DNA of 32,000 nt from Candidatus Hadarchaeota archaeon. Its GTDB lineage: Archaea > Hadarchaeota > Hadarchaeia > Hadarchaeales > Hadarchaeaceae. Each line of letters opens with the position of its first letter. The stretch's first letter is position 1. Both the position numbers and the translations under genes were made by a program. The notes below the pieces were generated by a model that saw nothing but the letters and a program-made list of their open reading frames with translations, made no database searches and was not told the origin of the DNA. The stretch lies in contig CAZETV010000001.1 of assembly GCA_964514965.1 (NCBI GenBank), forward strand, positions 90,001 through 122,000. Reading direction: 5' to 3'. Below are positions 18,939 to 26,909 of this stretch, one piece after another.

Positions 18939-21266
18939 CTATGGCACAATTATGCTGTCACTACTCTCGACGTTCGCAGTTGGGTCGTATGTCCAGCCAT
19001 CTTTGACGATATCGTCTACCACGAAAGTGTATGTAGTCCCGCTTGGGGGGTTCCTTATTTTGTCGGACTGCAACGTTACCTGACCGTTACTACCAGTTGC
19101 TCCAGAATCGGAATCGCTGGTCGCATTCTCCCAATGGCCATACACCGTGGCGGTTGGAACTGCAGCATTCACTTCGTCGACAACGGTCACTGTCGCTTGT
19201 GCATATGTGAATGGGCCTTGGCTCGCAAGCGCCATATCAATGCTGGAAACGTGCATACTTCCCGACGGCGTTCCACCGGTATTGTACACTTCGAATTCCC
19301 AGATTGCAAACGCGCCGCAAAGCATACCTTCCTGCCCGTACGGCATGCTTGATGGTCGTTGGGTCATGTTCAGCTTGATGTATCGTGCGTTTTGGGTGCT
19401 CAAGTCAATTTGGTCCCATGGTGAAGGTGGGCTCTTGATTTGTGTAGCGTTATTTTTGGTAGCGACTTGAGTCCAGTTCTGTGCGTCGTTCGAGACCGAT
19501 ATCGAGTACGAAGTTGCCCATAGCCCCCACTTTATGACGATTTTGTTAAATGTTGTAGGCGCTCCCAAGTCTAGCTGGAACCATTCGCTCAGGTCAGAGT
19601 AATCTGTCGACTCCCACCATATCTTCGAGCCCCATCGCGTCCAGGTGTCATCGTTGTCTACAGCCTTTTGTGGGCTGAAAGCGTCAATCGAATAATCAAT
19701 CGGCATTGTTGATAAAGCGGTCGTTGAAGCGGTGGCTGTTTTTCCTAGAGCAAGGTTGGGCGAACCGGGCGATGGAGTATAAGGTGGCGTGTTCTCTCTT
19801 ACCTCACCGTTGGGTGGAATCCCTGTGCTCAAACTCCCCTGTGCATTTGGAAGCTCGATTGCTACTGCGGAGTAAGATGGTACGGTCCAGGTGAACTGGC
19901 TGGAGACGCCAGTTATGTCCTCAGTTCGGAGGCCGTAACCCAGCACCCTGCCAGGCAAGTTGTCCGGCTCCGTTGGCCCGTCCAAAATCCAAGCTCGCGC
20001 AGTCGACTGAGGCGTCCAGTTCTGCAGATTGAACGTGGTTGTGATGTCGTTCACTGGGTCCTTGTTGATTAGGATTAGAGATAGCTTGTTCGTACTCGTG
20101 CTGGCGTATACGGCTAGGTCTTGGGTACTGGAAGTGCTCGAGACTAGGGTATCGCCGAAGAAGTACGTGTAGAGCTGCATAGCATAGTAAGCAACGTAGG
20201 GTCTGAAGTCCGGGGAGACATATCCGTAACTTGATTGCTTGATTGGATACGGGTTCTGCATGGCCCAGTAACCTGCATGGGTGACATTCTCTTCAATCAA
20301 TGTTCCAAGTAGATCCGCCTCCCATAGACCTTGCGGAAGGTAGTTTATCTGCCAGTCCGCTGGGTAGTAGGATATGGAGTTATACGATCCAGTGGTGTAC
20401 TCCACAGGCTTGGCCGGATCCTTGTACGTGTTGACGATGTTTTCCAAAAAGGAGAGCCATGTTCTAACACTGTTGTTGCCCCCGTAACTAGTGGTGTTGT
20501 GCAAAAGATCATCGTAGTACGCCTGCCTCTGGTCGTAGCTATACGACTTTGGGTCTATGAAGTATAAGTTGTGGTTATATACATCGATGTTCTGCCAAGA
20601 ATTCTTAACTACCGTATTCGTATTACCCCTCTCAGAGTTGTAACGGCAGGAAACGTCAGCCACGATTTTTATGGTCGGATCCACGGCCTTCATAGCTGGA
20701 GCGAATTCGTTTATTTTGGCAGAATACGCTGACCCTCTCAGTCCATTGTACCACGGTTCGTCGGCCAACTGCCAGTACGTGACGTTGTACCCCTTATCTT
20801 TCGAATACTGTACCCAACTCGTAGCTAAGTCAACCGATCCCTTAACGTTGACATCTACTTTGGGTTCCGCGCCGACCGCTTGGCAGAACGCTATGAATTG
20901 ATCGAAATTCTGCATAGTCGGGAGTGCAGGATCATTCCAGACAAAGTCGTTGCTCCAAGCACCGCCAGGGTAGACGATAAACTTTATCCCAGAATCTTTC
21001 ACTGTTTGTAGGTAATTCTCGTCAATTACTCCGTTCTGATAAATCAATTCGTCCCACGCGGCGGTATTCACTCCGTAGATGCGACTGTCGACCGCCTTTA
21101 TGGCATTTGTGGCATTTACTGTAACTGTCGCCGTTGAAGCGGATGCCACGCCTGCTGATCCTACAGCTGAGTAAACTGCTAGGCTGGAAATAGTTGCTAT
21201 TACTACTGCGAAAGTCAGAAATTTAAATGCATTAATTTTTTCATCCTCCTTTTGGGTTTTGCACAA
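18939..21266 (-). CDS. Secreted GH-A-like (alpha-L-arabinofuranosidase-type) protein with F5/8-type C (discoidin/CBM32-like) domain and C-terminal Ig-like domain
   Basis: Signal peptide FKFLTFAVVIATISSLAVYSAVGSAGVASA; VDSRIYGVNTAAWDE, IKFIVYPGGAWSNDFVW, VTYWQLADEPWYN; NLALGKTATAS...KAVDNDDTWTRWGS...WFQLDLGAPTTFNKIVIKWG...ARYIKL discoidin pattern; MHVSSIDMAL...ATVTVVDEVNAAVPTATVYGHW...GSNGQVTLQS C-terminal domain. Exact start uncertain (see findings). Confidence 0.7.
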   Translation of the reverse strand: MCKTQKEDEKINAFKFLTFAVVIATISSLAVYSAVGSAGVASASTATVTVNATNAIKAVDSRIYGVNTAAWDELIYQNGVIDENYLQTVKDSGIKFIVYPGGAWSNDFVWNDPALPTMQNFDQFIAFCQAVGAEPKVDVNVKGSVDLATSWVQYSKDKGYNVTYWQLADEPWYNGLRGSAYSAKINEFAPAMKAVDPTIKIVADVSCRYNSERGNTNTVVKNSWQNIDVYNHNLYFIDPKSYSYDQRQAYYDDLLHNTTSYGGNNSVRTWLSFLENIVNTYKDPAKPVEYTTGSYNSISYYPADWQINYLPQGLWEADLLGTLIEENVTHAGYWAMQNPYPIKQSSYGYVSPDFRPYVAYYAMQLYTYFFGDTLVSSTSSTQDLAVYASTSTNKLSLILINKDPVNDITTTFNLQNWTPQSTARAWILDGPTEPDNLPGRVLGYGLRTEDITGVSSQFTWTVPSYSAVAIELPNAQGSLSTGIPPNGEVRENTPPYTPSPGSPNLALGKTATASTTALSTMPIDYSIDAFSPQKAVDNDDTWTRWGSKIWWESTDYSDLSEWFQLDLGAPTTFNKIVIKWGLWATSYSISVSNDAQNWTQVATKNNATQIKSPPSPWDQIDLSTQNARYIKLNMTQRPSSMPYGQEGMLCGAFAIWEFEVYNTGGTPSGSMHVSSIDMALASQGPFTYAQATVTVVDEVNAAVPTATVYGHWENATSDSDSGATGSNGQVTLQSDKIRNPPSGTTYTFVVDDIVKDGWTYDPTANVESSDSIIVP

Positions 21267-21426
21267 TTATTTTGGTTCTTCACTATTTAAGTCTTATTAT
21301 GCATTAATTCAATCAATTTTTTCTTATAATTAGCATTATTTTTAATTAATTTTCTTTCAAAAAGTTAGAAATAATAAAAACGCATTTATTATAATTTTTT
21401 TCTAATTTTTTTTGAGCAAAAAAAAG

Positions 21427-21435
21427 TATTTAAAA
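21427..21435 (+). promoter_or_regulatory. Putative TATA box (TATTTAAAA) for the permuted deacetylase gene
   Basis: Same TATTTAAAAC string as upstream of otsA; a strong GGAGGAGG Shine-Dalgarno site precedes the ATG at 21482. Confidence 0.45.
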
Positions 21436-21481
21436 CACTAAAATATAGTAAAATACGTACAAAAAAGGAGGAGGATAAAGT

Positions 21482-22276
21482 ATGAAAAAGTTTTTTGGAT
21501 CAGTTTTAATTGTAGTGCTTGCCGTAGGATTTCTGGGCGTGTCAGCGACTGTTGGACCAATATCTGCACAGGTTCTAAGCTGGGATTTCGAGTGCCACAC
21601 GCAAAGCCATCCATGGCTGGACCGATTAACCGATAGCGAAATCCGTGCACAGTATGAAATGGTAAACGCCGCATTCGTAGCACACGGTCTTGCTATTCCA
21701 AAGCACACCGCTTATCCGGGTGGAAGACTTGACCACAAGGGTAGAGTCGTAGCAGTAACTTCAGAATATAGACTCACTGGCAGAGTTGTCTATGGCGAAT
21801 ATAATACCTGGCCTTGGAGTGACTGGTATCACTTGCAGGCCGCGCAGTTGAAAAAAAACACGTCAAATAATACAATGAAAAGTTGGATAGATACGGCCGT
21901 GGCGGACGGTTCATGGTTGGTCGTATTGTCTCACGATGTGAAGGCGAACCCGACGATTTACGGATGCACCCCGGAGCAGCTCGCTTATTTCCTTGACTAC
22001 GCTGTCCAGAAGCAAAATGAAGGTGCGCTGCAGATACTGACGTTGGCAGATGCTTACGATGTCTGGTCAGGCTCGACCCAACCAAAAGCCACTGTGACAT
22101 TCACCTTCGATGATGGATGGGTGACCGACTACGAGAACGTGTACCCGATGTTTAAACAGCGCAATATAGCAGGTACGAGTTACATCATTACTGGCGCAAT
22201 CGAAAATGCAGCGTGGGACGACACAGCGCAACGCTTAACTTGGAGCATGGTAGGAACCATGGCAAACTGGCTATAA
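21482..22276 (+). CDS. Secreted polysaccharide deacetylase (NodB/CE4 homology) with circularly permuted domain order
   Basis: Signal peptide MKKFFGSVLIVVLAVGFLGVSA; then FECHTQSHPWL, AYPGGRLDHKG, SWLVVLSHDV, and only then KATVTFTFDDGWVTDYENVYPMFKQRNIAGTSYI near the C-terminus, ending LTWSMVGTMANWL*. Confidence 0.85.
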   Translation: MKKFFGSVLIVVLAVGFLGVSATVGPISAQVLSWDFECHTQSHPWLDRLTDSEIRAQYEMVNAAFVAHGLAIPKHTAYPGGRLDHKGRVVAVTSEYRLTGRVVYGEYNTWPWSDWYHLQAAQLKKNTSNNTMKSWIDTAVADGSWLVVLSHDVKANPTIYGCTPEQLAYFLDYAVQKQNEGALQILTLADAYDVWSGSTQPKATVTFTFDDGWVTDYENVYPMFKQRNIAGTSYIITGAIENAAWDDTAQRLTWSMVGTMANWL

Positions 22277-22291
22277 ATTGGAGGTTGAAGT

Positions 22292-22312
22292 GGGGGGAGT
22301 TTAATCTCCCCC
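22292..22312 (+). terminator. GC-rich hairpin terminator after the deacetylase gene
   Basis: GGGGGAG-TTTAAT-CTCCCCC 7-bp stem followed by TTCTTTTTATTGTTTTATTTTTT, 16 nt after the stop codon. Confidence 0.7.
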
Positions 22313-22347
22313 TTCTTTTTATTGTTTTATTTTTTCATTGTTTTAAA

Positions 22348-23502
22348 TTAAAATTTAAATTTGTTCAAGTTCTCAAATGCAATCTCGCCACCGACAATCG
22401 TCTTCATTACATTTAATTTTTTATCCAAAATAACAAGGTCCGCGCGTTTTCCAACTTCGATACTCCCGATTTCATCGTCGACTTTTATGTCCTTGGCAGG
22501 GTTTACTGTCATCATGGCTACGGCGTCCTTAAGTGATATTCCAAGTTTAAACACTAAATTGCGTAAGGCTTTATCTAAAGTTAAATTGCTTCCGGCCAGA
22601 GTACCGTCGGGAAGCCTAACTTCGCCATTCTTCACATGCAATTCATATCTGTTCTTGTATACGCCATCGGGCATATCTGTAGCGCGTATAGCGTCTGTCA
22701 CGATGATAACTTTATCTTTTGGCTTTAGCTTGCAGACTAACCGGGTTGTTGATAGGTGCACATGAACAAGGTCCATGATAAGTTCCACCGAAACTTTTGG
22801 ATTTTCCAAAACAGCACCTAAAATCCCGGGTTCTCTATGGTGGTACGCGCGCATAGCGTTAAACAAATGAGTAGCATGACTTGCTCCTGCCTTTATGCCG
22901 GCTAATGCTTCTTTGTATGTAGCGTTTGAATGACCAATGGATACTGTAATGCCTAGCAAAGAAGCATGTTTTATGAGTTCAATTGCTCCGGGTATTTCTG
23001 GGGCTATCGTTGTCAACTTAACGGTTTTTTTTGAAGCATTCCAGAGTTCATCAAATTCATCTATGTTTGGCTTTCGTAAATTTTCGGCCATCATTGCGCC
23101 GGGTTTTTTCGGGTTTAGAAACGGTCCCTCCAAGTGTGCCCCTAGCGATCTAGCGTTTGATTTCTTGCTAACATTAATCATTTTCAAAACATTCTTTATG
23201 TGATCAAGAGGAGCTGCATCCAAAGTGGGACAAAAGGCAGTTACACCATGATTTACTAATAATTTTTTCATCTTATCAATTGACTTAACCGTAGCGTCCA
23301 TCACATCTACACCTGCAATCCCGTGAGTGTGCACATCTACAAAACCAGGGACAATTATTGATTCGGAGAAATCTGAAGAAATTTTTTCATTTCCTCGCTT
23401 CCTTACTTCTGTTATTATGCCGTTCTCTACAGTGATAACGCCATTTTTTATTTTTTTAAAAGGGGTAATTATCTCGCCGGCAGATAAGGAAAAGGACCTC
23501 AA
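22348..23502 (-). CDS. nagA: N-acetylglucosamine-6-phosphate deacetylase
   Basis: IVPGFVDVHTHGIAGVDVMD, GAHLEGPFLNPKKPGA, SIGHSNATYKEALAGIKAGASHATHLFNAM, IIVTDAIRATDMPDG, GSNLTLDKALRNLV. Confidence 0.92.
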   Translation of the reverse strand: MRSFSLSAGEIITPFKKIKNGVITVENGIITEVRKRGNEKISSDFSESIIVPGFVDVHTHGIAGVDVMDATVKSIDKMKKLLVNHGVTAFCPTLDAAPLDHIKNVLKMINVSKKSNARSLGAHLEGPFLNPKKPGAMMAENLRKPNIDEFDELWNASKKTVKLTTIAPEIPGAIELIKHASLLGITVSIGHSNATYKEALAGIKAGASHATHLFNAMRAYHHREPGILGAVLENPKVSVELIMDLVHVHLSTTRLVCKLKPKDKVIIVTDAIRATDMPDGVYKNRYELHVKNGEVRLPDGTLAGSNLTLDKALRNLVFKLGISLKDAVAMMTVNPAKDIKVDDEIGSIEVGKRADLVILDKKLNVMKTIVGGEIAFENLNKFKF

Positions 23503-23814
23503 TTGATCATCTCCACAAAATTAGACATGATGAGTTTTGCCATGCCGCATCCATTCTGTTTATACCGGCCACGTTAGAGTTCGCATACAAGGGGTTCGAA
23601 TAATTTGTTTTCATCTTTGTATCCTCGTTGGCAGTTGGTCCCTGTTTATTAAAAATATTTCTGCCGGAATCGCTTTTCAATTAGAGCTATGGGGCACGAA
23701 TTTTAAATAAAATCTTGAAATAAGTTTGATTTTGCACGAAAAATCACGTGATACACAAACTTTTTATAACTTAGACATTAAACTATTGAGGAATTTGAAT
23801 TCAGGGGAAAAATC

Positions 23815-24570
23815 ATGACAGCTGACCAATACTTCGAGGCTATCGGCGAGGTCCTGAAAAAAATTCGTTTAACTCAATCCGAGAATATTAAAAAAGCCGC
23901 TCAAGCGATGGCGGATTCTATTGCTCAAGGGGGAGTTGTCCACATGTTCGGTAGCGGGCATTCAGTGATACCAGTCCTCGACATCTTTCCCCGTTATGGC
24001 AGCTATCCCGGTTTTCATCCACTGTTGGATCCGCGGTTGATGTGGTTCAATATAATCGGTCCGGGAGGAGTTCAAGAGTTGCTTTGGCTGGAGCGACAAA
24101 AGGGGTATGCGGACATTCTTCTCAAACGTAACAAGCTTAAGGACAAAGATGTCATGTTGGTTTTCTCCCATGGTGGCATTAATGCCGTGCCTGTGGAGAT
24201 GGCACTTGGAGCCAAGAAAGCAGGTCTCTTCGTGGTCGCGGTTACTTCGATGGAAAACCAAAAGAAAATTTCCGACACTCATCGCGGGAAAAGACTATGC
24301 GATATAGCGGATATCACGATTGATAATTGTGTACCTTTCGAGGATGCGTTGGTAAAACTTGAGGGGCACCGAGAGCCATTTGCAGCTGGATCAACGGTGA
24401 CAGGGGTTGTCATCGCCATGGCGTTGGTGGCGGAGATATCAAAAATCCTAGTTGATAAAGGCGTGCCTCTAAAAGTGTTTGTCTCACCGAATGTCGAAGA
24501 AATACCCAAGACCCATAATGAAGAAGTTTTTGAAGCCTACGAAAAAATGATGAAGGGACGGGGCGAATAG
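23815..24570 (+). CDS. SIS-domain sugar-phosphate isomerase-like protein (UPF0309-like)
   Basis: GGVVHMFGSGHSVIPVLDIFPRYGSYPGFHPLL, DVMLVFSHGGINAVPVEMALGAKKAGLFVVAVTS; SIS fold pattern. Confidence 0.75.
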   Translation: MTADQYFEAIGEVLKKIRLTQSENIKKAAQAMADSIAQGGVVHMFGSGHSVIPVLDIFPRYGSYPGFHPLLDPRLMWFNIIGPGGVQELLWLERQKGYADILLKRNKLKDKDVMLVFSHGGINAVPVEMALGAKKAGLFVVAVTSMENQKKISDTHRGKRLCDIADITIDNCVPFEDALVKLEGHREPFAAGSTVTGVVIAMALVAEISKILVDKGVPLKVFVSPNVEEIPKTHNEEVFEAYEKMMKGRGE

Positions 24571-24682
24571 AATATCGGAAGTATTCGTCTTCGGGTTCCC
24601 AAGAGAAAGTATAGGGTTTTGAATCTTAAAGGGTTCTCATGCTGAAAATAGAGCAGTGATTATCGTTATACCTTACGCGTTT

Positions 24683-25639
24683 TCAAAAATATACCGGCTT
24701 AATAACCACTTGCCATTTCCTATTTGCCGACGCTCCGATTCTTACGATTCCAACCTTTTGGTCAAAACTTTCCTGCATTTCGTGATCGTCGAGCCCTTGG
24801 CAGGGTTCCAGACAAATAAATTTGCGGCCAACTTCCGACCAGATGGTCAAAAAGGGAAAGTCCTCAAAATTGATTTCCACTCCCCTTTTGATTTTCGGAT
24901 TGTAAAATTCACAATTGCGAAGTTCCTTCTTTTCTATTTCCAACATAATCGTACTTTCAAGTTCTTTCTCAGTCCATGCGAAAGGGCCATCGATGTCGAA
25001 ATCTTCAGTTTCTCCGGTTAATCTACAATTCTCGTTATTGAAATAGCGCCGATATCTCCCGTTTTTGAAAATTATCTGCAAATCTTCTTTTTTGCTTTCG
25101 AAGTCGGGAAAAGTCGTGCTAAAGCCGGGGTGCCAACCTAGAGAGAAAAAAATATCTCTCGTCTCTTCCATGTTGGTGACATCAAACTCGGCAGATAGTT
25201 CATTTCCCACCAACGAGTAAATGATGTCCAGCCTGAAATTGAACGGATAGTATTTTCTTGTCTCATCGTTTGCCTCAAGGCGGTACTGAATGCGCGCAGA
25301 GTTTTCATCACTATAATTGACTACTTCAAAAGTGGAATGGCGAGCAAAACCATGATTGCCCCGACTGGTTATTTTTATATCATCAAGCCAACTCTCATTA
25401 TTTTTAAGTCCTCCAACGTGAGGAAAAAGAACCGTGGCATGATTTTTCCATCCCCCTTCTGGTGGAGGAGAATCATTATTGTCGTTCCAAAGTAAAGGAA
25501 TCGTTCTTTTGTTTTCTTTGTCCCACACTCGGTAACTAATTACTTCGGCCCCCAATCTTTTGACGATTACATGAGAATTTTCTTTTTTGTTCGTCAGTTT
25601 GTCGAATTTGTCTCCTATTTCAATAGAATAATTTGACAT
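24683..25639 (-). CDS. Aldose 1-epimerase (galactose mutarotase-like) family protein
   Basis: ATVLFPHVGGLKNNESWLDD, RGNHGFARHSTFEVV, RDIFFSLGWHPGFSTTF, FICLEPCQGLDD. Confidence 0.75.
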   Translation of the reverse strand: MSNYSIEIGDKFDKLTNKKENSHVIVKRLGAEVISYRVWDKENKRTIPLLWNDNNDSPPPEGGWKNHATVLFPHVGGLKNNESWLDDIKITSRGNHGFARHSTFEVVNYSDENSARIQYRLEANDETRKYYPFNFRLDIIYSLVGNELSAEFDVTNMEETRDIFFSLGWHPGFSTTFPDFESKKEDLQIIFKNGRYRRYFNNENCRLTGETEDFDIDGPFAWTEKELESTIMLEIEKKELRNCEFYNPKIKRGVEINFEDFPFLTIWSEVGRKFICLEPCQGLDDHEMQESFDQKVGIVRIGASANRKWQVVIKPVYF

Positions 25640-25662
25640 TGCCATTTATTCCTCTCTTTTAC

Positions 25663-26868
25663 TCACTTTGTCACTGCTTTGGCTTTCAATTCAGCATAAT
25701 GAGGAATTTCCCCGACCAAGGGTCTGATGTAATCAAGAAATTCACTGGTAACGAAAAAACCGTCGCTAGAAATGTAATTGTCCGGCATGGGCTTGGTTTT
25801 TATCGCCACCTCTTCCAAAGAGATCGTTCCAGTTTGGCACAGGTAAGGGTGGGTACTCTTCCTTTCCAAAGTGACCATCACGCCAGATTTCCCTTCAACG
25901 GCCAATTTTACAGCTTGTGAGCCGACTAGATAAGCCTCCTCTCGGTCTGCTTCAACCATCCTATCCGCGCAGCACATCGGTAACGACTCGGTAATCTGAA
26001 ACTCTCCGCGCCAGCCAAATTCAGAAGTTATTATCTTGTGAAGAACAATGGCAGCGGAAGTTCCGCCCATCGCTCCAAACTCAACATTGCCGAATTTATC
26101 TTTAATAGCAGATGCCGAAATGGGGCTACCATCTTCCCAGACGATTCCTTCGCCACACACTATAGACACAAAGCCGTATTTATCATAAGACTCTTTGACA
26201 GCTTTTAGGAAATTTTCTTTATTTAACGGTCTTTCTGGAATAATGATGAGGTGGGGTGCATCCGATTCTTTTTCCTTAGCGACCGCCGCTGAGGCAGCAA
26301 GCCAGCCGGAATCCCTACCAATTGACTGGTAGATAACAAACTGATCTACTTTTTGCATATCCCTAGCCAAGACTCCCTCCTGTTTGATTGAAAGGACTGT
26401 AAATCTTGCTGCCGTTGGAAAGCCGGGAGCGTGGTCTGTGCCAAAAAGGTCGTTATCTACAGTTTTGGGTATTCCAACACAAATGATTTTATGTCCTTCT
26501 TTAGAGCAATATTCTTCAATCTTATGGACGGTATGCATGGTGTCATTACCGCCAATCATCAAAAAATACCCGATATTGAATTTTTTAAGCATCTCCAAAA
26601 TTCGTGGAAGATCATCCTCTTTGACCTTGTGACGAGAGGAGCCCAAGGCGGAAGAAGGAGTGTCTCGCAGCCTTTTGATGGTTTCTTCATCTTCGCGCCG
26701 GAAATCAATAATATTTTTCTGCATGAACCCTTCAATGCCAAAACGCATTCCGTATATTCCTTCTATTTCTTCATGTTTTTTTGCTTCTTGGATTACACCA
26801 CATAAACTAGAGTTAATTACGCAGGTCGGACCGCCAGACTGGCCTATTATTAAATTACTCCTAAACAT
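25663..26868 (-). CDS. Phosphofructokinase A family, sequence features of the PPi-dependent type
   Basis: IGQSGGPTCVINSSLCG, GYFLMIGGNDTMHT, GIPKTVDNDLFGTDHAPGF, SIGRDSGWLAASAA, MGGTSAAIVLHK. Confidence 0.85.
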   Translation of the reverse strand: MFRSNLIIGQSGGPTCVINSSLCGVIQEAKKHEEIEGIYGMRFGIEGFMQKNIIDFRREDEETIKRLRDTPSSALGSSRHKVKEDDLPRILEMLKKFNIGYFLMIGGNDTMHTVHKIEEYCSKEGHKIICVGIPKTVDNDLFGTDHAPGFPTAARFTVLSIKQEGVLARDMQKVDQFVIYQSIGRDSGWLAASAAVAKEKESDAPHLIIIPERPLNKENFLKAVKESYDKYGFVSIVCGEGIVWEDGSPISASAIKDKFGNVEFGAMGGTSAAIVLHKIITSEFGWRGEFQITESLPMCCADRMVEADREEAYLVGSQAVKLAVEGKSGVMVTLERKSTHPYLCQTGTISLEEVAIKTKPMPDNYISSDGFFVTSEFLDYIRPLVGEIPHYAELKAKAVTK

Positions 26869-26909
26869 GCTTGCCTCTTTTAATTATTGAAGTTATTTTT
26901 TATACTTTT

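Noticed and set aside
18723-19352. 209-aa plus-strand ORF (MSVAYSRSYESLSWPANW...)
   Set aside because: Largely antisense to the well-supported secreted GH-like gene; crosses its terminator hairpin and resembles no family.
21430-21708. Minus-strand ORF over the start of the deacetylase gene
   Set aside because: Overlaps a gene with signal peptide, Shine-Dalgarno site and TATA box on the other strand; low-complexity hydrophobic tail comes from the promoter region.
23590-23610. tRNA T-loop-like string GGGGTTCGAAT
   Set aside because: No complementary CCCC follows and no acceptor or anticodon stem can be built around it.
24656-25021. 121-aa plus-strand ORF opposite the aldose epimerase gene
   Set aside because: Phe-rich shadow translation of the coding strand; no start context or family.
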